Notes: generated by a model from the letters alone, not told the origin. Shown: positions 39,523 to 51,600, counted from the first letter of the whole stretch. The stretch is DNA of 63,441 nt, filler included, from Octopus bimaculoides (GCF_001194135.2; 6 parts of 6 records of this genome joined end to end with filler, not necessarily neighbours in it); one strand, 5' to 3'. Made by a program: numbers and translations.

Positions 39523-40460
39523 TATGAATACTCACAGCTTATATTGCTGGGTATGATGGAAAGTGTCAGCTGTCCACAGCCAAACAGACTAAGGTAACAC
39601 TGCGAAGTATTCTTGCACTTCCAAGCAATGCTGATTTTTGTAGGTGTTCTACCTTCACACTTTCACCGATCTTTTTCAGCCACGTTGCTAGTTGAGTGCT
39701 GATACTTCTAAGAGCACCAATTCCTATTGATATTATGTCTATTCTCTTCATTGACCACAGCCTTCGCATTTCCTACTTCAAGTCGTCATAGTTGTTTAAT
39801 CGCTCCAATTCTGTTAACCATCCATTCTTTCGTATTGTTCTTGCTTCGTCACAAAATCTTTGTTCAGTAATTTCAAACAGTTCCATTGCCTTCCATTCAC
39901 TCTGCATTCGTTTTCTGTACCATCTGATAGGCACGCCATTCGCATCCATTGGGGTGCTCCGGTAGTAACACTCCGTAACCATCATGTTCACTTGTTTACT
40001 CCACTTATGTTTTGTAGCACGGCTAGCAGTTGCTGGATTCCAACCGGGCCCACCCTGCTGCACAGTGGGGCACCTACCGGGTGCGCACCTTCACCATTGG
40101 TTCCAGTCCCGTTCACCCCGTTACCTTAATCTATTTTGCTTGGCATTTTCACTCAGAAATTAGGTGTGTTTTTAAGTTGCAACCAACCGGTATTTTTATC
40201 GAGTCACCATCTCTATCAAGGGAGTCCGCCAATGCGGCAGGGCCCTTGCTCCCTTGGGTTTTGAGCTCGGAGTACTCCTTCTCCTAGGCTAACGAATACA
40301 GCACTGGTTATATGAAGGCGCCAGGTACGCGCCTTTTCCCACTCTTCTCCTGTTGGTTTGGCAAAGGAGTCGGGCTTGACTGTCAGAGGACAGGACTTGC
40401 GCAAGCCATTGGGGCATTTTATAAGTGATGGGGCACTCAACTCCCCTCATCACCCCGGCA
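39523..40460 (-). mobile_element. short R4/Dong-like derivative (family B): 5' UTR + N-terminus fused to RLE C-terminus
   Basis: [19 protein letters not shown]...[24 protein letters not shown] runs in frame into NYDDLK*EMRRLWSM...IGALRSI...HLQKSALLGSARILRSV; (TAA)n tail on minus. Confidence 0.85.
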
Positions 40461-42075
40461 TTGACAGACAATTAAAAATAAATAAATAAATAATAAAAAT
40501 AAATAAGTAAAAAATGAATATATAAAAATAATATGTTTACGTCCCCGTAACTTTTCAGCACACCCTCGTATTATCCTGTCTAATTTGTATATTTTAGTTT
40601 ATTTTTAAAGAAATTATAAAAAAATAATCAAAAGCAATTTACAAACAATCAGATTTTACAAAAACAGTTTTGAAACATCAGGTTTTGTATAACTTTTATT
40701 TCATTTCAAAGAAAATTCTTTCACTTTTGGTTTCTCGGCAAAGTTTCTGGCAAATTACAATCTTTAGTGACTTCCTTACTTTTGCTTACTAGATCATAAA
40801 ACGAAAGATTGCCATAATAAAAGAAAGTATTTGCGTTTCCTCTTCCTTTTTTTATAGCTGGGATATTATGATATATTATAATATATTTATTATATTATAT
40901 CATATTATATTATATTTGAATAGTGTCTAAATCTTGAGCGTTATAAAAAGAAAATAACAATTCCTGTTGTTTTAAATGAATACAAAATAAGAATGCATTA
41001 AATGTTTTGTTTTTTCTTGCTGGCGGATCTGTATTATCATTAATTTTCTTTAATTACTTACAGACTAATTAAATATTCCTTTTTCAACTCCTATTTTTTT
41101 GTCCATCTTTTTAATTCATGGAAAGATTGGGCTATTATTTTCGTTTTGTACGAGTGCGGTATTCATTGTATTCAACTTTGTCTGTCTGCCTGCTTGTTAT
41201 TCTTTATTTATTTCTATAAGTTTAAAAAGAAACAAAAAGCCAACGAGATTCCTGTGTAAATCATCCGACCAAATGTAAAGTGAGTCGAGAGAAGCCCGAG
41301 GCATCTTGTTTGGGCGTCATTAACTGGCTGAGGTGCACATTTGAAGGCATTTCATATCCCGTTACTGCCTTTAGCAGACGATCTGACCAAGCAAGCGCTT
41401 GTTACGAATAAAAACAATAGAATCACTTAGGATCCACAATTAATTGATCGGACGTGGATGGCACAAAACAAATATCATTCATTAACAACACTGCTGATAA
41501 CTCCACGACGACCGCCACCACCAACACCAAAAACCATCAAAAACAACAATCAGCCATACAACAACATCGTTAAGAGCACCAATAATACTGACAGCACCAA
41601 CATCAACAACACCAATGACGACCGCCACCACCATCAATTTACACCACTAAGAAGACAAGCACCAACCCCATCGATAACCATTTATGATCACCAACACTAA
41701 CAACAAGCGAACCACAATACAGACACCAACCTGCTAGAAACAGTGGCCAAATTCTCTACCGTCACAAAGGAAAAGAAAAGGAAGGACACATTATCTAGTG
41801 TAGTCCAAGATATATATAAAAGGACGAATTGGTTATGGTTGAAATGCTTTTGGTCCAAGGTCTGCTCATTCAGGGATGACTGAAGTTAATCCACAGCACA
41901 ACTAACATCATCATCATCATCACCACCATCACCGTCTCTATCAGCAACAATACCAGTAATATTATAGGCGAAACGGAGGAACCCGTGCTTAAAGCAAAAT
42001 AAATCGAAAAAGGACTAAAGAAAGAAAAAATAATAAAATATCACTGCCAACCATTCTTCTTCTTCTTCTTATACC

Positions 42076-42276
42076 ATGGCTAATTCAAAGCCAAAGAAAT
42101 TTTTAATTGTAAATTTCCAGAGTTTGTCCGCCCTCGTCCTTTTGGGGTTTCTTATAAACAGCCTCAATTCACAAGGAATAATGACGGAACCACAACAAAG
42201 ATCGAAGTTTTGGAGAACCGGTTCTTCAGAGAGCACGAACCTGAGAAGCAATCAACTGGATTGCCGTGGAAGACAC
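42076..42276 (+). CDS. candidate first coding exon of a secreted or type II membrane protein
   Basis: ACCATGG start; MANSKPKK-FLIVNFQSLSALVLLGFLI-NSLNSQG...DCRGRH; phase-0 donor AC|GTAAGA; no homology recognised. Confidence 0.35.
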
Positions 42277-43077
42277 GTAAGAGATTAACTGTTTATAATT
42301 AACTGTTTTGATAATGATTTCCAATTAGTAAGAAGAACGTTTCTCGTCTCACAAAATTGTGTCAACAATTGGTTTCGACTTTCGGAATTTCTTCCACCAA
42401 CACGCCTCGTCTTCCCTCTTGTTTATTTGTTTCACACAAAACACACACAATGTATATGTGTGTATGTATGTGAGTATATCCGTATGCATGCATGTATGTG
42501 CATGTGTGTATACATGCATGCATCTATGTATGTGTATGTATGTGCGTATATATGTATGTGTGTATACGTGCATGCATCTGTGTATGTGTGTGGTTTGCGT
42601 GTGTGTGTGTGTTCTCTTTTGCTTTTAATTATTTAAATTCTTCCTTTGAAGAAGGAGCTGATTTCTGACAAACATACAAAATCCCACCATTGCGATGTAG
42701 ATAACAAAACCATGTCACATTTTAAACTTGAGAAAAGTTTTGTATATTTTTACTCTTTCACGAAGTCGACCTGGGCGGAATTTGAACTCAGCGTGCTAAC
42801 TTTTCTGCCACCACGCTGCTTTATCCATTTAGAAGTATCAACGCTATGGTAAGCTATGATGTAAGCATCAACAATAATGCTGACAGTGTTTCCCAGCTCT
42901 GCATGATTTAGAGATTTGCTGTTTTAATTTCAAATCCCTTCAAGTGTCGATAATGTAATACCAATAATGTTCTCGAGTCAACTGCTTTGATTGAGTCGCT
43001 CTCCTATTAATATCATTGTTGCCTTGTCAACATATCTATCTATCTATCTATCGATTTATTTGCCTACACACACACAC

Positions 43078-43450
43078 ACAGAGTGTCCCAAAAGTCACTG
43101 ATAGGTTTCAGTTTTTAATAACTTCCTTAACTTTACAAATAAATGCATGAAAGTGAAATTTTGATACAATCTAAAGGACATAATGGAAATTAATATGCAT
43201 AAACAGCAGCCATGTTCGGCTTCGCCCGCCTGCGCTCTGTCCAAAACTTGTACCATAACACCCTCAAGAATTTCAGACCTCACATCTCTGATTTCTCTAT
43301 TGATGTTGTCCTTCAGTTGCACCAGGGTCTTCAGTTGGTTCAGGTATCCTCACAAGAAAAAATCCGGGCTAATCAAATCTGGTGAACATGAAGGCCAGTT
43401 GACATTGCCAAGCGGGTGCCGTAGCAACGGCATTATTTCTCTTGCGGGAT
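43078..43450 (-). mobile_element. Tc1/mariner (maT/rosa-like) C-terminal fragment with TIR
   Basis: NWPSCSPDLISPDFFL*GYL...QLKDNINREIRDVRSEILEGVM; TIR-like cagagtgtcccaaaagtc. Confidence 0.75.
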
Positions 43451-44319
43451 GAGCAGTTGGTTCATCTTGCTGGAATTATGTGCGAGGTCTACTTTGAATG
43501 GCCTTCACGTTTCCCAATCTTGACTAGCTCGGATTTTTTTCTTGTGGCCAGTGGTGTGCAGTCGAGACTTGCTAGTCATGCACTGCATGTCCGTTCATTT
43601 TTATATAACTCAAAAATCAATTTAAGAACTTAATGTATTTATAACTAGATCGAAAAGTTGTCCAATTCATTGGAAACTGAGCTGAAATAGTTACTTTGTT
43701 TCAAAGGAAACCTATCCAGATTGATACTTCGCTGTTTCCATTTTGCTTCCACTGGGCTTTAAGAGAAACGCATATGAAATCTTTTGTCCCCGCCCACCTT
43801 CCTATCTTTCATTAATTATAATTTCAATGCCTGTAAGATCCTTTTTTATCTCGATAAAATAACTACGGAAGGCATTGTTTTCACAAAAACGCATGTTTCG
43901 GCTTTCCCTCCCTTTCTATCAGTTTTTCTTTGCCAAAAATCCTTTGTAATTGATGTTGCTAACGCGACCGGCTAAAAACGTTGAATGGGTTCCACTTCTT
44001 TGGTCCGTTAAAATTCTGACCAAAACACATCAGCAATCCCAGAATTCTTTGGTCGGCTCAAATGTTGCCGTGACTTTGGAATATCGATTTCGCTGTGTCG
44101 TAAGTTTTGATTTAAAATTATTATCATTAACCATCCTTTCTGTATTGAACAAAAAAAATCCTGAAATCAGAAATGTAATATAATTAATTAATCTTTCGTT
44201 GATTTACTAAAATTATTTTTCTGTTTTGTTGAAACTGTTTTATAATTCTCGATCGCAGTAAAATGAGGTATTCTGTGAAGCAAATTAAAGTGTTCATTGT
44301 TTTGTTTTTTTTTCTACAA

Positions 44320-44520
44320 ACTGAAACTTGAAAGTTACAAACAATTTTTTTTTCAAAATCATAATCTCCGTATTTTTTTACGTATTTCCCCCAAAAAGAT
44401 TTCTGAAAAAAGTGAAAAATAAAGAAAGGTGGGGAATTGAAATTTTGAAGAGCGATTTTCGCCAATTTTTTTCAGAATCGGAATCTCCATAGATGAAAAC
44501 GTGGGTTTCTGTAAAAAAAA
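44320..44520. mobile_element. diverged fragment related to the arm of the 58873-60202 foldback
   Basis: ggaattgaaattttgaa..gcgatttt..ttttttcagaatcgg..ctccata is shared with 59790-60000. Confidence 0.6.
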
Positions 44521-44685
44521 AAAAAGAATTTAAAGGGTGGAGGGGTTGGGTTACGTCTCCACCATGTACGGCAGGGTTTATATCNNNNNNNNNNNNNNNN
44601 NNNNNNNNNNNNNNNNNNNNNNNNNNNNTTAATTAATTAANNNNNNNNNNNNNNNNNNNNNNNNNNNNNNNNNNNNNNNNNNNNG

Positions 44686-45135
44686 ACGACTGGCACCCAT
44701 GCCAACGTCGTCTCCCTCATTGGACACGAAACTCAGGTTGCAAAGACTTATTGGGGCAAGCGAAAGCAAAATTGTGATGGCACCTGTGCCCAGCGTCGCC
44801 TTTCTGGCACTTGTGCCTGCGGAATGTGTAAGGACTTTCAGGCGAGATCATTGCCAGTGCCCCTGGACTGGCTCTTGTGTGGGTGGCACATAAAATACAC
44901 CATTTTGAGCGTGGCCATTGCCAGTACTGCCTGACTGGCCTTCGTGCGGGTGGCACGTAAAAGCACCCACCACACTCTCTGAGTGGTTGGCGTTAGGAAG
45001 AGCATCCAGCTGTAGAAACTCTGCCAAATCAGATTGGAGCCTGGTGTAGCCATCTGGTTTCACCAGTCCTCAGTCAAATCGTCCAACCCATGCTAGCATG
45101 GAAAGCGGACGTTAAACGACGATGATGATGATGAT
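44686..45135 (+). mobile_element. young RTE-tail SINE ending in (GAT)n
   Basis: ggttggcgttaggaagagcatccagctgtagaaactc...gctagcatggaaagcggacgttaaacgacgatgatg; near-identical tails at 49685-49762 and 51453-51600. Confidence 0.85.
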
Positions 45136-45268
45136 GATATATAAATACATATATATATTCTTTGATAATAATAAAAAAATGTTAGAAACACACAGACCCA
45201 TATACACACACCACAATAAACTCTGGGACCAATCAAAAACGGCTCACACTCACAGACACAAACACATG

Positions 45269-45308
<40 letters not shown>

Positions 45309-46261
45309 GACATGCACAGAGACATTCTGACCTCTAAGACCAGTCCTAAAAACCACTGAACCATGGCAGACTAGCCCAGAAACAAAAAAATCCTTTTAAT
45401 TCTACATTGCTCTTCCTTCCTCCCACCCCAACCAGCCTCCCACACTGTCCCTTAAAATAGCAAACATCCCCTAGCCACACACAAGAGAGAAAACATGTTA
45501 AAAAGATGGGTCAGTTCCTCTCCAATGTTTTGTAAATTCTTAAATATATCTCCTTCTGGGTATATATATATATATATATACTACCAAACACTTTTGTTGA
45601 ATACTCTCTTTTAAACTGTTTTAAACATATTCTTATTATTATCAAACAATGTAAATATATATTTTAATACTTAAACTGTTTTTAACATTTTCTTGTTATT
45701 ATCAAANNNNNNNNNNNNNNNNNNNNNNNNNNNNNNNNNNNNNNNNNNNNNNNNNNNNNNNNNNNNNNNNNNNNNNNNNNNNNNNNNNNNNNNNNNNNNN
45801 NNNNNNNNNNNNNNNNNNNNNNNNNNNNNNNNNNNNNNNNNNNNNNNNNNNNNNNNNNNNNNNNNNNNNNNNNNNNNNNNNNNNNNNNNNNNNNNNNNNN
45901 NNNNNNNNNNNNNNNNNNNNNNNNNNNNNNNNNNNNNNNNNNNNNNNNNNNNNNNNNNNNNNNNNNNNNNNNNNNNNNNNNNNNNNNNNNNNNNNNNNNN
46001 NNNNNNNNNNNNNNNNNNNNNNNNNNNNNNNNNNNNNNNNNNNNNNNNNNNNNNNNNNNNNNNNNNNNNNNNNNNNNNNNNNNNNNNNNNNNNNNNNNNN
46101 NNNNNNNNNNNNNNNNNNNNNNNNNNNNNNNNNNNNNNNNNNNNNNNNNNNNNNNNNNNNNNNNNNNNNNNNNNNNNNNNNNNNNNNNNNNNNNNNNNNN
46201 NNNNNNNNNNNNNNNNNNNNNNNNNNNNNNNNNNNNNNNNNNTATATATATATATATATAT

Positions 46262-48080
46262 ATATTATATGTTAGTATTCATCACTCCACTCTCACCACC
46301 TCCATCCACTAATCCACTACAAACACACAGACTCACACTCATACTGCAACTTCTCCTCCTCCCACCTTAAGCACACCAAACTCTCCAGCCGCTATTCCCA
46401 GTTCCTCTGTCTGCGCAAGCCCAGTAGTGACAACTATGACTTTGAAACTCAGGATATCCCCTCACCACTATCCACACCGCCCTTGCCAAAGCATTTTTTG
46501 TGGACCGTGTATCTGCTCTCTCCACCCACTGTCACCCATCTCCTGTTTCCCTTCACCTGCCACCTCTCCACTCTACATCTCTAATGCACCGTTCTCCGAG
46601 CCTTCTGACAACTCCAGTCTGACCCCTACACTTCACACATCTTCCCTAACCGACCTCTCCCTTCCTTCAAACGAGCCCACAACCTGCATGACCTCCTGGT
46701 CCACAGTTTCTTTTCTAATCCAACCTCCCAACCCGGCTCATTCCCCTGCTCCCTCCCACGCTGCTGCACTTGCCCTTATCTCTCCATGTCCTTCTCTGTA
46801 CATCTGTCAAACAGGACACCGCTTGGCTGACTGGTTTGTGGGACACTTTCGTTTTGGGATCACCCCGTCATCTCCCCTCTACCAGTCATACTTTACAATA
46901 ACTGTCTGTGTTCAGATTGTCCTTGCCCAGGGGCCATCCGGACTCCTGTCTTTGCCATGAACAGGAATTAGTCTTCTCTCTTCGCTCCTTTGCACTACAT
47001 GGGCTCTGAACTCTCCTCCCCTCTCCATCTAACCCTCGTCCTCTCTCCTCTCTTCCCCTCACACCTACTTCCGCCCTTCACTCCCACCCACCTCTCCTCT
47101 CCTCTCTTGCTCTGACACCTACTTCCTTTCTTCACTCCTATCCAGCCTCTTCCTACCCACCTTTTCCCTTCATTGTCACCTCTCCATTGTTACACATCCC
47201 TACACATTCCAACCCCACCATCCTTATACATCCCATCCCACTCCCACATACCCCACACTTACCCCCCACTACCACGTACCCCACACTTACTTCCCCACCG
47301 CCGCATCCCTCACACCCCAACACCACTANNNNNNNNNNNNNNNNNNNNNNNNNNNNNNNNNNNNNNNNNNNNNNNNNNNNNNNNNNNNNNNNNNNNNNNN
47401 NNNNNNNNNNNNNNNNNNNNNNNNNNNNNNNNNNNNNNNNNNNNNNNNNNNNNNNNNNNNNNNNNNNNNNNNNNNNNNNNNNNNNNNNNNNNNNNNNNNN
47501 NNNNNNNNNNNNNNNNNNNNNNNNNNNNNNNNNNNNNNNNNNNNNNNNNNNNNNNNNNNNNNNNNNNNNNNNNNNNNNNNNNNNNNNNNNNNNNNNNNNN
47601 NNNNNNNNNNNNNNNNNNNNNNNCACACACCACACCACTACACCACACACCACCTTACCACACCAAACCACATCACACCACTCCACACACATAGGCAGTG
47701 ACCACTTCCCAGCACCCACACCATCCACACACCTACACATGCACACACACACACGTCAAGGTCACCAGCCCCTATTCACATGCACATACACATGCACACG
47801 CACTTTCGTTTTGGGATCACTACTGCTTTATTATCTCTCCTTCTTTCTAGCTCTCCTGTCTGACCACCTCTGTCTGGCATTCACCATGATTGATCACTAG
47901 CCACTAAACCTTTTTTTATCTTCTCTCTCTGTTTATTTCTGTGTTCCTTTCTGTTGAAGAGTATAGGCATGAGACGTAAAAGACTTTCTCACTTCTCGAG
48001 CATTCAACTAATACATCTTTTGTTGCTTACACACTTGTCTTCATCTTTTGTTTTGTTTTTTTTCTGTAAATTCTAGCTAT
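46262..48080 (+). mobile_element. Penelope-like retroelement remnant (RT C-terminus, GIY-YIG, terminal repeats), gapped
   Basis: YSQFLCLRKPSSDNYDFETQ; HIFPNRPLPSFKRAHNLHDLLVHS; LYICQTGHRLADWFVGHFR; repeated cactttcgttttgggatcac; terminal repeat with tgaagag..gagac. Confidence 0.8.
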
Positions 48081-49110
48081 ATATATATATATATATATAT
48101 ATACTTATACATAACAAAGTAAACTTGCAAGGTACCACACAAGTGAAAATATATAGGAAAGAGGGTTTGAAAATGCAGTGGTTTTTTAAAGATGTGTATC
48201 GACTTGACTGGTTTCACTTTTTTTTTTTTTTTAATTATCAAAAGTAAAACGTAAAGCTTTGTATAAGCTTTGTTGTGTTAAAAATGGTTATCATAATTGT
48301 ATCAAAATACAGTTATACAGTCTTTGATAATGATGATAAAATGTCAAAAAGTAGAATCTTTGACAATGAATGATAAGAAAATGTTAAGAGGGGCTTTTTG
48401 TTTAAACAGTTTACATGAAAGTATTCAAAATAGGTAGTAAAATGAATTTATATTATTTTAAGTTCATCAAAAGTCATGGTTTTATAGAAGCATATATACA
48501 GAAGGAATCATATTTAAGTATTTATACAGTATTTTAGGGGAATGACCAACCTTTCCATCCTTCATCACCTGTGTGTGTATAAGAAATGTTTGCTATTTTT
48601 AGAAATAGTGTGGGAGGTTGGTTGGTTGGTGGGAGAGAGTATTGTGGAATCAAAAGGATTTTTTTTGTTTCTGGGCTAGTTTGTCATGTTTCAGTGATTT
48701 TTGGGACTGGTCTTAGAGTTCAAAACTCTAAGACTAATAAAAAAATAAAAACCCACACACAAGCACATATATATATACACACACACGCACACATAGAAAT
48801 GTGCACAGAGGCACACACACTCACACCATTTTGAACTTCTTTTTGCTTGTTCTTGACTTTCAGCATCTACTCTCAGTCTCTTGGTCCGCTGATAGTCTCT
48901 TCAGCTCTTTCTCTTTTCCTATGCTGAGATTGCTTAGGTAGTCCAAATCTAATTTTTTTAGGAGGCATTGTAGTAGGGTGAATTAATCTTTATTTTCAAC
49001 ATTCAGCAGGCCAAGCAGAGATGTGAAAGATATGGAAAAGATCTGATAAAATGACGGAATAGTTTTATGGTTTAAATTTCATCAATATCGGGGCTATTTG
49101 AATATTCTCA

Positions 49111-49520
49111 TTATAGACTTTGCAATGTAATTTTATGCATTAGAAAAGGAACATTTTAATAAGCAAAATATACTTAGTTTACCATATCACCATGAGTTCG
49201 AATCCCTGTCTCATCAGTTGAGCGCATACCACAACAACGATCGACAGTCAGTAACTCTGTGTTTATCTAAAGATTATAAAATTTTATAAAAAATCTTGGA
49301 ATAAGTGTGGTACAAAACGCCAACAATATACATCTGATTATAGACTTTGCAACATAATTTTATGCATTAGAAAAGGAATATTTTAATAAGCAAAACATAC
49401 TTAGTGTACCATATCACCATCATTTCGAACATCTGTCTCATCAGTTGAGCATATACCAATACAACGATCGGCAGTGACTAGCACTGTGTTTATCTAAAGA
49501 ATATATAATTTTATAAAAAA
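49111..49520. repeat. diverged tandem duplication, period 227 bp
   Basis: ttatagactttgcaa starts at 49111 and 49338; the two units are collinear. Confidence 0.9.
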
Positions 49521-49609
49521 GCTGTTTTTATCCATGTTTGACTTAATTTTGTCATGTTTCACCTACATGCTAGCAAAAAAAGATATATATATGTATATAT
49601 AGAGAGAGA

Positions 49610-51050
49610 GTTTGAATGATAGACTTGTGAAAATGTTGCCAGGAATTGATCATAATTATAAATCCATAGACTTTGTCATAGATGAATCATCATCATCATC
49701 ATCATCATCGTTTAACGTCCGCTTTCCATGCTAGCATGGGTTGGACGATTTGACTGAGGACTNNNNNNNNNNNNNNNNNNNNNNNNNNNNNNNNNNNNNN
49801 NNNNNNNNNNNNNNNNNNNNNNNNNNNNNNNNNNNNNNNNNNNNNNNNNNNNNNNNNNNNNNNNNNNNNNNNNNNNNNNNNNNNNNNNNNNNNNNNNNNN
49901 NNNNNNNNNNNNNNNNNNNNNNNNNNNNNNNNNNNNNNNNNNNNNNNNNNNNNNNNNNNNNNNNNNNNNNNNNNNNNNNNNNNNNNNNNNNNNNNNNNNN
50001 NNNNNNNNNNNNNNNNNNNNNNNNNNNNNNNNNNNNNNNNNNNNNNNNNNNNNNNNNNNNNNNNNNNNNNNNNNNNNNNNNNNNNNNNNNNNNNNNNNNN
50101 NNNNNNNNNNNNNNNNNNNNNNNNNNNNNNNNNNNNNNNNNNNNNNNNNNNNNNNNNNNNNNNNNNNNNNNNNNNNNNNNNNNNNNNNNNNNNNNNNNNN
50201 NNNNNNNNNNNNNNNNNNNNNNNNNNNNNNNNNNNCAGCCCAGGTCTTCCTGGGCCTACCTCTTCCACGGGTTCCCTCAACTGTTAGGGTGTGGCACTTT
50301 TTCACGCAACTATCCTCATCCATTCTCACCACATGTCCATACCAGCGCAATCGTCTCTCTTGCACACCACAACTGATGCTTCTAATGTTCAGCTTTTCTC
50401 TCAAGATACTTACACTCTGACGGGTATTCACATTGACATTACACATCCAACGGAGCATACTGGCTTCATTCCTTGCGAGCTTACGTATGTCCTCAGCAGT
50501 TACAGCCCATGTTTCACTGCCATGTAGCATGGCTGTTCGTACACATGCGTCATACAGTCTGCCTTTTACTATTAATTTATCCAGTAGAATTTTTGAATTC
50601 CCTCAAGCCAGCAGGTGCTCCTCGTTGTCTTCAAATGAAAGTAGGTATGCCAGTCATACTTCCACGCAACCTCTCACAACCAAAGTTATGCAAAGGCACA
50701 AGACTCTTTGTCAAGAAATTAACGAGCAATGTTATAGAGGCCACACTAATTTCTGGCTGTGGAAAAGGCGAAGATGTTTTTATCCTTTGAATTCTTTTAA
50801 TACCTTCCAACATGCCCTTTGAGTTCAAATGACTTCAGTTTCCCATACATTTGCCTTTTGCAATGTCTATCAATAAGTCACAAGGTCAGACACTACAAGT
50901 TGCTGGTTTGCATTTAGAAGAGGATTGTTTTTAACATAGACAGCTATATGTCAGTGCTTCTAGAGTAGGGAGTAAGAAAAACCTTTTCACATTCGCCCCT
51001 AATGGTAAAACTCAAAATATTGTCTATAACGAAGTTTGTTCTGAGCAATT
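49610..51050 (+). mobile_element. Helitron PIF1-type helicase C-terminal fragment split by an RTE insertion
   Basis: LNDRLVKMLPGIDHNYKSIDFVIDE before the insertion; YPVEFLNSL...[23 protein letters not shown]...FAMSINKSQGQTL...QLYVSASRV after it. Confidence 0.9.
49685..50571 (-). mobile_element. 5'-truncated RTE LINE 3' end with (CAT)n tail (partly in a gap)
   Basis: [23 protein letters not shown]...RRLRWYGHVVRMDEDSCVKK...RGRGRPRKTW; open frame up to the gap. Confidence 0.92.
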
Positions 51051-51452
51051 AACAAATTAATAATTGTACATTGTTCAATATATTTATAATGAGATTCTCA
51101 AAGTCAAACCCTGATAATATGAAAAGCCACTTCTATGTCATTTTTTTCACATGTGATAGAATTTTTTTGTATAATCTTTAAGGTTATGAGTTACTCATCA
51201 GTAATATTGGAGACCTATTATAACCTATATAATATTTTTTTCTTGAAATTCTTCATACATCATCATGTTTCAGAGTTTTAATTATTTCTCATTTTACATT
51301 TCTAATTGCTTTACTTTCTTTATTTTTAAAAACCTATTTATAACTTTATGCAGCTACATCCTTGGTATAAAGTTTCCTAGCATCATACTTGATTTGTTAA
51401 GCATCATAAATAGTTATAATAAAGATGTTACATTACTATGATAATATGTGGT

Positions 51453-51600
51453 TGGCATTAGGAAGGGCATCCAGCTGTAGAAACTCTGCCAAATCAGACT
51501 GGAGCCTGGTGTTGCCATCCGGTTTCACCAGTCCTCAGTCAAATCGTCCAACCCATGCTAGCATGGAAAGCGGACGTTAAACGATGATGATGATGATGAT
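51453..51600 (+). mobile_element. RTE-tail SINE 3' end
   Basis: Near-identical to 44985-45135. Confidence 0.85.

Noticed and set aside
39767-39790. Programmed stop-codon readthrough between the two ORFs of the R4-like mini-element
   Set aside because: The TAG lies inside the conserved YDDLKxE segment and is better explained as a point mutation
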